Below are positions 1 through 12,507 of a DNA stretch of 64,000 nucleotides, piece after piece. The position numbers and the translations under genes were made by a program. The notes beneath the pieces were generated by a model. The model searched no databases. It saw only the letters and a list, made by a program, of their open reading frames with translations, and was not told where the DNA came from. The stretch spans positions 1 to 64,000 of the forward strand of contig NIVC01001361.1 in NCBI GenBank assembly GCA_002269645.1, given 5' to 3'. Position 1 is the first letter of the stretch. Each line of letters opens with the position of its first letter. This DNA is from Macrostomum lignano (Eukaryota).

Positions 1-3000
1 GACAGCGTACAGGACAATGTAGAAATACACCTCCTTGTTCAGAAAATAGCTCCGCTTCTAAAATGGTTTGTGGGCCAAAATGGAAAGCGACCTACCAAGA
101 TTAGCAGAATTTAGTGGACTTCATACCTTGTGCAGCAATTTGCGAATTCCACACAGATTCGAATGGCCAGAAATGCCATGATGAAGCTTTTCTCAGCGAC
201 GACTCGTTTGTCGCGTCAGCTTGGGCCGCTGAAGTGAAGTTTAAAGAAGTGATAATTTGACATTAAAATTGTTCAGGAAAACACTCGAACAGCTCACAAA
301 GCCGGAGGTGTCGTTTCTGCAACCGGTGTTTTTGTCCATGAGCGACGGGGACAGAGGTCCATTGTCCATGATGAACAGGCTCAGGCAGAAGACAAAGCAA
401 AGGTAGCAGAACAGATCGAACCACATAAAAAATCGCACAGTGTTCCTGCACAAAAGCATGTTGGCATTGCTTTTTATCGCTTAGTCCATGGCACAGATAC
501 TAAAATAACTAAATGGGCCACTCAGGCACATATACTTTCTACTTTCAGTTCAGTAGCAAGGATGAGTACATACGCTATTTTATTAAAAATGGCAGCTGAA
601 ACGACTTGATAAGTTTAGAAGCCAAGCTTGCAGGCGTAAACAGCTTGCTAATTGGTTCAGCAATAATGTACATTAGCCAGTCCACTGAAATGTACATGAC
701 AGCTTTAGCTGGAGTTCGAGGAAGGCAATAAAAATTGGGGCGGGGTGAGGAGGGTAGCGTGGAAAGGCGCGGTTGGAGGGTTTAAGCTGGGGGTAAGAGC
801 CAATAAATGAGCCTTATCTTTAAAAATACATTAAAATGCTTCTGTTTACCTTTTTAATACTGAACTGAAAGTAGCTAGCACGCAAATGTGCTGAGTGGCT
901 CATCTAGTTATTTTAGTATATGTGGTCCATTGCTCGTTTCATAAAATTCACGACAAACCTCTGGCGAAATTTCTTATATTTAAAATTCTTACATTTGCTA
1001 CTACTGCTATACTACTGTTGCAAGTACTGTTGTGCTACTGCTGTTGCATGTACTACATACCACCTGTACTGTAGAAGAGCAGACGACAGCGGATGGCGCA
1101 GCAGATCCAGACGGTCAGCAGCAGCCATGGTGCGCAGTGCAAAGTATCTGTCCGGCTGGGAGGCCAGATCGTCCGGGCCGGGATCGAGCAGTGCGAAGTT
1201 GTAAATCACCTGGCCGGAGTGCAGGTGCGATGGGTAAAAAACTAATGATCAAGATTTAGAAATTGGTTTAAAATATTTGCTCGCTTACCATAAAGTTTTG
1301 GTCAAGCGGATCTCGAACAGTGTTTCCGACGCAGAAGTCAAGAATTTTCTTAAAAAATTCATACGCAAATTTAGTTAAAATTCTGTTCAAGAATTAAAAT
1401 TTACAATGAAAACTGGCTGTCGTCTCACTAACAGTGGCATAATCGGGAGCCGACTCAATCAGCCCGTCCATATGAGTGCGACCATCGCTGTGTCTGTAGG
1501 CCATGGTTCTTGACCAGCTGAGTTGGAGAGCACAGTTAGGGAGTAGAGTGCACTTCATCATTTAAATAGTACAAACAAATGAGATCGCTATCTGCGTGTA
1601 CTTCTCGAACTACAAAAACTTGCATTTTTGGATTCAACAAAATAATTTTTCAAAATCTTCCTGCCGGAAAAAACTCATTGAGAGCCTTAATCAAATATCG
1701 GTAAAAAATTCTACCCCGATAGTAAACGAATGGAACACGTCGAGAGCCTTCATCAAGCATCGTATAAACCATTCTCCCTAATACAGTCACAGAATAGAAC
1801 ACGTCGAGAGCCTTCATCAAATATTATAAGATCAACCCCAATTCGTTATAGAACCGTTCACCGACTTACCGCTCACAACTAAAAAACACGTCGAGGGCCT
1901 CCTTACTGTGCGCTCGAATGGCGAAATCGACAGGCGTCTCCAGATTGCTATTCTCCGTGATGAGTGCCGAGTACTCCAGCAGCAGCTTGACGCATTCGCC
2001 AGCGTTAGCCTCTTTAGACGCGTAGTGAAGAGCTGTGTTCTGAAAATGCACCAAGGGTAGCCTTCTGAGCGTTAAATGTAAAGAGGAACATTTAGAAGTT
2101 CAAAAAAATTTTACTCACCTTGCTGACATCGGTAGCGCTTACATCAATGTCGAGGTCAAGCAGAAACTTTGCAATGTCATAGTGCGACTTGGACACCGCT
2201 AGCATCAGAGCGTTGCGCCCGATCTCGTCCCTTAAAGAAAATGTTGAGCAACACATTGTAACACCGATGCACATGCAGAAACTGTACGAAAAGTTGAAAA
2301 CATTACTCCACTGTTACTGCATCCAATTGCCAGCCACTCACTTGGCGTTGAAGTCGGCACCGCTGTCGCACAGGTAGCGGAATACTTCAAATCGGCCCTC
2401 CTCGGCTGCCAGAAGCAGTGTGGTGCTCTCGTCCAGGTCGCGCTGTCCGATGGATCTGTCAATAGCGCCAGAAGCCGCTATCAGCAGGCGCAGACAGCCG
2501 AGGTGGCCTCGCTTTGCAGCCACGTGAGCAGCTCGACGTTCGTCTTCGTCCACAAGGCTAACATCGGCGCCCCTCTTTACTAGCTGCTCAGTAAGCTGCA
2601 GGTGCAAAAAACCAGTTAAAGGATTGATGTGCACGTTTTATCTGCAAAGTCAAACAGACGGGTGCATGTAGGGCTACCATGCAGTTCAAGCCTCACATCA
2701 ACGCAGCCGCTCTCAGCCGCATAGTGCAGCGGCGACTTCTCGTGCATGTCCTGCTTGTCGAAGACCGTCTCGATGCCCGGCTCGCGTAGCAGCCGCTCCA
2801 CCATCGCGTCTCGGTCCTCGATTACCGCCCAGTGCAGCGGCGTCCGCATGCAGACGTCGCGACAGTCGAGCCGGGCAGCGGCGTCGAGCAAAACCTCCGC
2901 CACGGCGAGGTGGCCGCGGCGAGCCGCCCAGTGCAGCGGCGTCATGAACTGGTCGTCTGCGGCGTTCGCTTCGGCGGCCTGTGGATAAGTCGGACAGTTT

Positions 3001-6000
3001 TTCACTTGATGCCTGAGGGTGGCTTTCACTAAGAGTGAATGTCTGCAACTTACCTGCTCGATGAGCAGCTGCGCGATCTCGGGCTGGTTAGAAAGACCAC
3101 ATCTTGAGGGCAGATTTTGTGTACAGTTCAAGAGGAGAGCGCCATAACTTCTACACTCCAAGCAGTCTCAAAGCACTCACTCACGCAGTGGAGTCACTTA
3201 TCACCGACTCCAAGCAGTCACAAAGCACTCACTCACGCAGTGGAGTCACTTATCACCGACTCCAAGCAGTCTCAAAGCACTCACTCATGCAGTGCAGTCC
3301 GCCTCCTCTTGTCCAGAGCCGCAGGGTCCGCTCCGTGCTGCAGCAGCAGGGCCACGAGATCCCGGTGTCCGAGTGAGGCAGCGATGTGCAGGCTGGAGTT
3401 GCCGTCGTTCTGCAAAGGGTATTCAGTGGTGTTGCTATGACAACAGAGTCCAACACTTGTTTCATGAATGAACATTTAATAGGCTTACTCGTTTCAAGTT
3501 TATCTTAACACCAGACTCAATTAGAACCTTAACGATCTGGAAGGTGAGACAGTCGTGAACCTCAATCAAGTTGCAAATGTATATTTAACTGCATTGAGCA
3601 CAAGTTCCCTACCTCAGCCCTGTGATTCTGAGTGGCATGATGCAGCGGAGTGGCGCCATCGTTGTCCTGACAGTTTAGGGCCGTTCGAACTGCTTCTGCC
3701 GGCTGACTCGCTAAATGGGGGTGGAAATGATGAAAGTAGAACTTTTCTAAATATCAGAGATAATTACATTAAAAGTGTCAACTTACCTGCAATGTGCTTC
3801 AGCAAAGCTTGAAGAATGACCACCCGGCCCTCTATGCAGGCAGCCATGATCGGCGTGACTCCGTTGTTGTCCGCAACTGTTGCGTCCGCGCCGCTGCTGA
3901 GCTGAAATTTTATTGACGGACACCTCACCAAACTGCTCAATACCTCACCAAACTGCTCTCAGTACCTCAACAAACTGCTCAGTACCTCACCAAACTGCTC
4001 AGTGCCTCAACAAACTGCTCAGTGCCTCACCAAACTGCTCAGTACCTCAACAAACTGCTCAGTACCTCAACAAACTGCTCAGTGCCTCAACAAACTGCTC
4101 AGTGCCTCAACAAACTGCTCAGTGCCTCAACAAACTGCTCAGTGCCTCACCAAACTGCTCAGTACCTCAACAAACTGCTCAGTACCTCAACAAACTGCTC
4201 AGTGCCTCAACAAACTGCTCAGTGCCTCACCAAACTGCTCTCAGTACCTCAACAAGCTGCTCAGTACCTCAACAAACTGCTCAGTACCTCACCAAACTGC
4301 TCAGTGCCTCAACAAACTGCTCAGTGCCTCACCAAACTGCCCAGTACCTCAACAAACTGCTCAGTGCCTCACCAAACTGCCCAGTACCTCAACAAACTGC
4401 TCTCAGTACCTCAACAAACTGCTCAGTACCTCACCAAACTGCCCAGTACCTCAACAAACTACTCAGTACCTCACTAGCTTACCTGCCCACTAGCTTGCTG
4501 CTGTCATGCAGCAAAGAAACATGCATCATTAACCTCCAATAACAACAGACAAGCTGCCGCCAGGCCTTACCAGAAATTCACACAGTTCCAAATTGCCATT
4601 TCGCGCTGTCTGGTGGAGCACGGAATTTCCGTCGAATTCCTGTTTGCGGATGTTCGCCCCGTTGCTGACGAAAATCTGCGGTGGGTAACAGAGACCATCG
4701 ATTCCTTGGGAATTGATCAAGACTATCACGGGAGCTTACGAGAAAACTGACCCAAATGTCACGGCGGCAGTCCGGCTCTTGCAGAGCTGATGAGCTCAAA
4801 AATTGAAGAAATTGATGCAACTAATGAGGTCCCCAGTAGGCAAACTTTAAATTTATTAACTGTTTTCTGAGACTCTTCGCTGGCAGATCGCATCATATTC
4901 AACTCCTGCAGAGTCCCCAGATCCCGGAGTCCCCAGATCTCAGAGTCCCCAGATCCCGGAGTCCCCAGATCTCAGAGACCCCAGATCCCGGAGTCCCCAG
5001 ATCTCAGAGTCCCCAGATCTCAGAGTCCCCAGATCTCAGAGTCCCCAGATCTCAGAGTCCCCAGATCTCAGAGTCCCCAGATCCCAGAGTCCCCAGATCC
5101 CGGAGTCCCCAGATCCCAGAGTCCCCAGATCCCAGAGTGAGTTCCCAGATCCCAGAGTCCCCAGATCCCAGAGTGAGTTCCCAGATCCCAGAGTCCCCAG
5201 ATCCCAGAGTGAGTTCCCTGATCCCAGAGTCCCCAGATCCAGAGTGAGTTCCCAGATCCCAAAGTCCCCAGATCCCAGAGTCCCCAGATCCCAGAGTCCC
5301 CAGATCCCAGAGTGAGTTCCCAGATCCCAGAGTCCCCAGATCCCAGAGTGAGTTCCCAGATCCCAGAGTCCCCAGATCCCAGAGTGAGTTCCCAGATCCC
5401 AGAGTCCCCAGATCCCAGAGTGAGTTCCCAGATCCCAGAGTGAGTTCCCAGATCCCAGAGTCCCCAGTTCCCAGAGTGAGTTCCCAGATCCCAGAGTCCC
5501 CAGATCCCAGAGTGAGTTCCCAGATCCCAGAGTCCCCAGTTCCCAGAGTGAGTTCCCAGATCCCAGAGTCCCCAGATCCCAGAGTGAGTTCCCTGATCCC
5601 AGAGTCCCCAGATCCCAGAGTGAGTTCCCAGATCCCAGAGTCCCAGATCCCAGAGTGAGTTCCCAGATCCCAGAGTGAGTTCCCAGATCCCAGAGTGAGT
5701 TCCCAGATCCCAGAGTCCCAGATCCCAGAGTGAGTTCCCAGATCCCAGAGTCCCCAGCCCCACACCTTGGCGATGCCGCAGTGTCCGCGCCTGCAGGCCA
5801 CGTGCAGCGCCGTCATCCCCTTGTCGTCGGTGGCGTCCAGCCTGACGTGCTTCTGCGCAATCAGCAACTGCAGCGCCTCGACCGCGTTGCACGTGGCGGC
5901 CACGTGGACCGGCCGGACGCCCTCCATGCCGCGCTGATTGGGGGAGGCGCCGCTGGCCAGCAGGAGGCGCAGCACCTCGGTGCGCTGGTACTTGATTGCG

Positions 6001-6757
6001 TAATTCACTGCGCACATCAGGCGCTCGTCCCGGCTGTCGGACAGAGACGGCTTCGCCTTCAGGGCCGCTCGGACAAAGCCGAGGTCGCCCTCGCGAACCG
6101 CGTGGTGGAACTGGGAGTGTTTGAGGATCAGGATTCTCTGTAGGATCGACTCTAAATGGGAGTCGGGATCGATTCTGAATAGGAGTCGGGATCGATTCTG
6201 GATGGGGGTCGGAATCGATTCAGGATGCGGGTTGGGATCGATTCAGGATGCGGGTCGGGATCGATTCTGGATGGGGGTCGGGATCAATTCTGGATGGGGG
6301 TCGGAATCGATTCTGGATGGGGGTCGGGATCGATTCAGGATGGGGGTCGGGATCGATTCTGAATGGGAGTCGGGATCGATTCTGGATGGGGGTCGGGATC
6401 GATTTAGGATGGGGGTCGGGATCGATTCTGAATGGGAGTCGGGATCGATTCTGGATGGGGGTCGGGATCGATTCTGGATGGGGGTCGGGATCAATTCTGG
6501 ATGGGGGTCGGAATCGATTCTGGATGGGAGTCGGGATCGATTCTGGATGGGGGTCGGGATCGATTCTGGATGGGGGTCGGGATCGATTCTGGATGGGGGT
6601 CGGGATCGATTCAGGATGGGGATCGGGATCGATTCTGGATGGGGGTCGGGATCGATTCTGGATGGGGGTCGGGATTGATTCAGGATGGGGGTCGGGATCG
6701 ATTCAGGACGCGGCCAGTCAAAGTCCTCACATGCTGCAGCAGTTCCGAGGGTCGCAT
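1..6757 (-). CDS. TRPA1: TRPA1-like ankyrin-repeat cation channel, 5' two-thirds (continues off the left edge)
   Basis: GT-AG exons read by hand on the - strand: 6757-6731, 6110-5766, 4675-4571, 3901-3787, 3710-3613, 3536-3489, 3409-3285, 3102-3054, 2978-2697, 2595-2342, 2230-2119, 2039-1870, 1517-1433, 1348-1289, 1209-1061, 445-~290, ~228-127, 57-1. Phases agree from 6757 to 445. Product has about 17 ankyrin repeats, a TRPA linker (KILDFC...VIYNFALL), the pre-S1 motif ALRTMAAADRLDLLRHPLSSALLQYRW, an S1-like segment (FFMWFDLFCYLCFVFCLSLFIM), an S2-like segment and KRSYFLNKEVYFYIVLYAV (S2-S3). Orthology versus another TRPA subfamily is not resolved. Confidence 0.88.
492..924. mobile_element. 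MITE family A copy 1 (hAT-type, ~430 bp)
   Basis: TIRs CACAGATACTAAAATAACTAAATGGGCCACTCAG ... CTGAGTGGCTCATCTAGTTATTTTAGTATATGTG; flanks GTCCATGG (484-491) and GTCCATTG (925-932) form an 8-bp TSD with one mismatch; three more copies in the window; lies in a TRPA intron. Confidence 0.85.
3156..3294. repeat. 52-bp tandem repeat (~2.7 copies) overlapping a TRPA splice donor
   Basis: Unit CTCCAAGCAGTCTCAAAGCACTCACTCACGCAGTGGAGTCACTTATCACCGA starts at 3156, 3208 and 3260; the third copy runs into the exon that ends at 3285. Confidence 0.9.
3920..4480. repeat. 20-bp minisatellite filling a TRPA intron
   Basis: Unit CTCAGT(A/G)CCTCA(A/C)CAAACTG repeated about 27 times between exons 4571 and 3901. 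Confidence 0.95.
4910..5760. repeat. Compound 16/20-bp minisatellite filling a TRPA intron
   Basis: Interleaved modules CCCAGAGTCCCCAGAT and CCCAGAGTGAGTTCCCAGAT; begins a few nt after the donor at 5765. Confidence 0.95.
6140..6710. repeat. 23-bp G-rich minisatellite filling TRPA intron 1
   Basis: Unit GGGATCGATTCTGGATGGGGGTC, about 25 copies, between exons 6731 and 6110. Confidence 0.95.
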
Positions 6758-7436
6758 GCTGCCACGACTTTATCAGTCTGGTCTCCCAGCACCAAGCTGG
6801 TGTTGCTGCCGCCGCCGCCAGCTGACTCTTCATCAAAGCACCGCATCGCTAGTCGGTCGAGCGCAATCGCTGTGGATTCCGTCACGTTGCTGGATGGTGA
6901 CACGGAGGATTTGCTGACCGCACTGCGGGACATCTTTAGTTTTATTAGTTCTACCGCAATACAAACTGCAGAGCTCAACTGCTAACAATACATGGGCTGC
7001 CTCTGTTGGTCGGATGAGGCAACTTTAAATTTTAATGCTGCGAGATGCTCCGAGAGAGGTGGGTCTGAGAGAAGGGTTGTGGACGCTTGCCCAGTTGATG
7101 AGGGCCTGGCAGCAGAGTCCAATTAGGCGGGAATGGGATTATGCGGGAGAGGTTAGCGCAAAATTGACAATTAAATTCTTGACCGGGAGCTGTGTTGTTG
7201 ATCTGGGCAGCAAACTGATTAACAATTGACGTAGATAAACAGCAGTAATTTATTTCGATTACTCAGTTGCTAAATATAGAAAATGCAATTTGCATACCGC
7301 AGCGAAAAGTGTAATGCTGAGTGTAAAACTCCATATTAAATTTGTATTTGTTTCTGCATACTCGTGAAGTAAGTGTTGCTTTTAACTAATAAGCATTTGT
7401 CTCTTTGACATCACTTTTTGGCGAGCTATTTCCATC

Positions 7437-8250
7437 CGTGTGAGGACATCCGTGTCTCTAGAGCCCTTGTGTGAGGACATCCGTGTCTCTAGAGCTCCTG
7501 TGTGAGGACATCCGTGTCTCTAGAGCTCCTGTGTGAGGACATCCGTGTCTCCTAGAGCTCTTGTATGAGGACATCCGTGTCTCTAGAGCTCTTGTGTGAG
7601 GACATCCGTGTCTCCTAGAGCTCTTATGTGAGGACATCCGTGTCCTAGAGCTCTTGTGTGAGGACATCCGTGTCTCCTAGAGCTCTTGTATGAGGACATC
7701 CGTGTCTCTAGAGCTCTTGTGTGAGGACATCCGTGTCTCTAGAGCTCTTGTTTGAGGACATCCGTGTCTCCTAGAGCTCTTGTGTGAGGACATCCGTGTC
7801 TCTAGAGCCCTTGTGTGAGGACATCCGTGTCTCCTAGAGCTCTTGTATGAGGACATCCGTGTCTCTAGAGCTCTTGTGTGAGGACATCCGTGTCTCCTAG
7901 AGCTCTTGTGTGAGGACATCCGTGTCTCCTAGAGCTCTTGTGTGAGGACATCCGTGTCTCTAGAGCCCTTGTGTGAGGACATCCGTGTCTCCTAGAGCTC
8001 TTGTATGAGGACATCCGTGTCTCTAGAGCTCTTGTGTGAGGACATCCGTGTCTCTAGAGCTCTTGTGAGAGGACATCCGTGTCTCCTAGAGCTCCTGTGT
8101 GAGGACATCCGTGTCTCTAGAGCTCCTGTGTGAGGACATCCGTGTCTCCTAGAGCTCTTGTGTGAGGACATCCGTGTCTCCTAGAGCTCTTGTGTGAGGA
8201 CATCCGTGTCTCCTAGAGCTATTGTGTGAGGACATCCGTGTCTCCTAAAG
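7437..8250. repeat. 31/32-bp minisatellite
   Basis: Unit GTGTGAGGACATCCGTGTCTC(C)TAGAGCTCTT, about 26 copies. Confidence 0.95.
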
Positions 8251-8599
8251 CTCTTGTCCATTGGGCTCTTGTCATTTTTCAAGCTGTTTTTAAATTTCTT
8301 GTCCTTAGTATTCTTGCGAATTGTCTTTACTTTTTGCTGTGCCACTGCGGGTCATGTGACTAAAATGCTTAACGTGGGTGCCCGGTCGCCCAGCAACGTC
8401 CACTAGTTGTAAACTGATGGATGAAAAAATTTCTCGGCAGAGTTCTCAAATATTGACAGGAACTAGTCAACCCCTGGAGCAAACAGAGAGGCCATTTAAT
8501 CATCACTCCAAGCTGTCATTCAGACTTTTATTTTATTTCTCTTTTGCGCGACCTTAACTTGCTACCTGAGAGGCGTCCGCGTCAAAATTATGGACTGTC

Positions 8600-10045
8600 A
8601 GATGACACTACTGTCTCAAGGTTACACTGCTGTCTCAGGGTGACACTGCTGTCTCAGGGTGACACTGCTGTCTCAGGGTGACACTGCTGTCTCTGGGTGA
8701 CACTACTGTCTCAGGGTTACACTGCGGTCTCGGGGTGACACTACTGTCTCAGGGTTACACTACTGTCTCAGGGTTACACTGCGGTCTCAGGGTGACACTA
8801 CTGTCTCAGGGTTACACTACTGTCTCAGGGTTACACTGCGGTCTCAGGGTGACACTGCTGTCTCAGGGTTACACTGCTGTCTCAGGGTTACACTGCGGTC
8901 TCAGGGTGACACTGCTGTCTCAGGGTGACACTACTGTCTCAGGGTTACACTGCGGTCTCAGGGTTACACTACTGTCTCAGGGTTACACTGCTGTCTCAGG
9001 GTTACACTGCGGTCTCAGGGTGACACTGCTGTCTCAGGGTGACACTGCTGTCTCAGGGTTACACTACTGTCTCAGGGTTACACTGCTGTCTCAGGGTTAC
9101 ACTGCGGTCTCAGGGTGACACTGCTGTCTCAGGGTGACACTGCTGTCTCAGGGTTACACTACTGTCTCAGGGTGACACTACTGTCTCAGGGTTACACTGC
9201 TGTCTCAGGGTGACACTGCTGTCTCAGGGTGACACTGCTGTCTCAGGGTTACACTACTGTCTCAGGGTGACACTGCTGTCTCAGGGTTACACTGCTGTCT
9301 CAGGGTGACACTTCTGTCTCAGGGTGACACTGCTGTCTCAGGTTACACTACTGTCTCAGGGTGACACTACTGTCTCAGGGTTACACTGCTGTCTCAGGGT
9401 TACACTGCGGTCTCAGGGTGACACTGCGGTCTCAGGGTTACACTGCGGTCTCAGGGTGACACTGCGGTCTCAGGGTTACACTGCTGTCTCAGGGTGACAC
9501 TGCTGTCTCAGGGTTACACTGCTGTCTCAGGGTTACACTGCGGTCTCAGGGTGACACTGCTGTCTCAGGGTTACACTGCGGTCTCAGGGTGACACTGCGG
9601 TCTCAGGGTGACACTACTGTCTCAGGGTTACACTGCGGTCTCAGGGTGACACTGCGGTCTCAGGGTGACACTACTGTCTCAGGGTGACACTGCTGTCTCA
9701 GGGTTACACTGCTGTCTCAGGGTTACACTGCGGTCTCAGGGTTACACTGCTGTCTCATGGTTACACTGCGGTCTCAGGGTGACACTGCGGTCTCAGGGTG
9801 ACACTACTGTCTCAGGGTTACACTGCTGTCTCAGGGTTACACTGCGGTCTCAGGGTGACACTGCTGTCTCAGGGTTACACTGCTGTCTCAGGGTGACACT
9901 GCTGTCTCAGGGTTACACTGCTGTCTCAGGGTTACACTGCGGTCTCAGGGTGACACTGCGGTCTCAGGGTGACACTGCGGTCTCAGGGTGACACTGCTGT
10001 CTCAGGGTTACACTGCTGTCTCAGGGTTACACTGCTGTCTCAGGG
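8600..10045. repeat. 19-bp minisatellite
   Basis: Unit CAGGGT(T/G)ACACT(GCT/ACT/GCG)GTCT, about 75 copies. Confidence 0.95.
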
Positions 10046-10376
10046 TACGGTGACATTACTGTCTGATATGATTTTGCTCGAGTCGTATTTAATAATTGAT
10101 CAGCAAAAATTTCATATTTTTTAAAATATAAACAACGATGCAAGCCATGACTATTTAGTAGCGCCCTCACTATACCGGCATAGATACTGAAACGTTTCCC
10201 CGTGTACACTGCATAAAGACGAATAAAATAAATGAAGGCTCATGGCTCTCGATCTCAATTATCGCAGTTTCGACCATAGACAAAGTCTTTTACGCTCTTT
10301 TCCTATCGTAAATTCAATTGTATCAGCAAGGTGCGGTGTTGGATTCAGTTATCAATACATGTTTATATACTACGCC

Positions 10377-12081
10377 ATGTCCAACAGCGAGGGCTCAACC
10401 GTACAGGTAACTATAGCAACCTCTACAGACGCTCCGTCAAACGATAACAACGCTCCCGATAATAGCCCAAAAGAGACTGCTGACAACACTGCTGACAGTC
10501 AGCAGAAAGAAGACGAGTCTGAGTCGATAGCCAGCAGCAGCGGAGCTGTGGGGGCCGGCGCCAGCAGCAGCAGCAGCGCTGCGGCTGGTGGCGGCACCAC
10601 CACCAGCAGCAGCAGTCGGAGCGAGTTGACAAGGCGCCAAAGAGCCAGCCTGATCAACCAGAGCAGCACAACGGAGGACGCGCCAGACGAGGAAGAGCAG
10701 GAAGCGCTGATGTTCCTAAAGAAATATTACGCGCCCTCGTTCCAGTGGTTCCGCTACTACGAGATGCTGGAGTGACTGACAATATTTTAATGTACAATCG
10801 ATGTACGTGCACTTCTGTAGCAGTGTAGCAACGCCATGGTAGTGCTAGGCCAGTACAATAAATTATTTGTTGCAGAACTAACTGCAGACTGTATAGTAGC
10901 AATTTAAGAGCGGTCAGAAGTTCGATTCGAATTCGCGCCAACTTCTAAAGACTGTTAAACAAACTTTAAACTCTTAAGCCAAGGCATTGCCATTAAAAGA
11001 CCCATTATTCAGCGCTCCTGGACACTCAGTTGGAGCTCCGACAGTAAATTTAGCGCTCCAGACACTCACTAGGGTGCCCGGACGCTCACTATGGCACCTC
11101 GGACACTCACTATGGCGCCCCGAATACTCGCTATGGCACCCGGACGCTCACTATGGCGCCCCGGACACTCGCTATGGCACCCGGACGCTCACTATGGCGC
11201 CCCGGACACTCCCTGTGGCACCCGCACGCTCACTATGGCGCCCCGGACACTCCCTGTGGCACCCGGACACTCACTATGGCACCCCGGACACTCCCTGTGG
11301 CACCCGGACGCTCACTATGGCACCCCGGACACTCCCTGTGGCACCCGGACGCTCACTATGGCGCCCGGACACTCACTATGGCGCCCTGCTGGACACTTAC
11401 TATGGCGCCTGGACACTCACCATGGCGCCTGGACACTCACTATGGCGCCCGGACACTCATTATGGCGCCCGGACACTCACTATGGCGCCATGGACACTTA
11501 CTATGGCGCCCGGACACTCACTATGGCGCCCTGGACAATTACTATGGCGCCATGGACACTTACTATGGCGCCCGGACACTCACTATGGCGCCCTAGACAA
11601 TTACTATGGCGCCATGGACACTCACTATGGCACCTCGGACACTCACTATGGGGCCCTGGACAATTACTATGGCGCCATGGACACTCACTATGGCACCTCG
11701 GACACCCACTAAGGCGCCATGGACACACTATGGCACCCCGGACACTCACTATGGCGCCCTGGACAATTACTATGGCGCCATGGACACACTATGGCGCCCG
11801 GACACTCACTATGGCGCCCTGGACAATTACTATGGCGCCATGGACACACTATGGCACCCGGACACTCACTAAGGCTACATATCGGAAACAGCTGAAACAA
11901 TAAGTCAGTGAACGAAGTGCATGAACAAAGGCTATCAGATATCTATATGCATACTGAACTGGCTCACGGGTCTTGCGAATTGCATGTTCCATTAATCAAC
12001 AGACAACTGTGTTAGAAGTCTGCATATACTATAGTTAAACAGTATTATTGTTTGTATTTTTATTTCAGACTCCACAATTAA
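10377..12081 (+). CDS. Small orphan protein (~135 aa), Ser/Ala/acidic low-complexity with an aromatic C-terminal motif
   Basis: GCCATG at 10377; GC-rich ORF MSNSEGSTVQ...EEEQEALMFLKKYYAPSFQWFRYYEMLE. It ends either at TGA (10775) or splices GA|GTGACT (10771) to TTTCAG|A (12069), giving ...MLELHN* at 12081. No family recognised. Confidence 0.6.
11060..11870. repeat. ~20-22-bp minisatellite (putative intron of the small gene)
   Basis: Unit ACTATGGCGCCC(C)GGACACTC with several sub-variants. Confidence 0.95.
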
Positions 12082-12507
12082 AAAATAGCGGCTCGGGAGT
12101 CGTGGATAATAATAGTAAATTATTAAGCGGACAAACAAATACAAAGAAAATGACAACACGAGATCGCTACTAATAGTAGTGGAAAAGCCTCTAAAGCTAC
12201 AAACACAACTTTGGTATTGTGTTAAATTGGCGAAAACATACGAGAAATTTGCCGCTTAAAAATGACACCAAAGTTGTGCTTGCAGATTAAGTGCCAGAAC
12301 TTTCCAAATACCCCTGGTAGTACACTACTATTAGTACTATTAGTGTCAACCACTTTGAACTATAATTACTGTAGTCATTAACCCGGTTTACAAAAGCTGC
12401 ACAACACAACAGTAGCAATATAGCATCGGGCTGCAGAATGTGACTATTTAATTTTAAAGAACATAAAGAACTTTTTTGAGTCGGTCAATTCCAAAGAAAC
12501 ACGAGTG

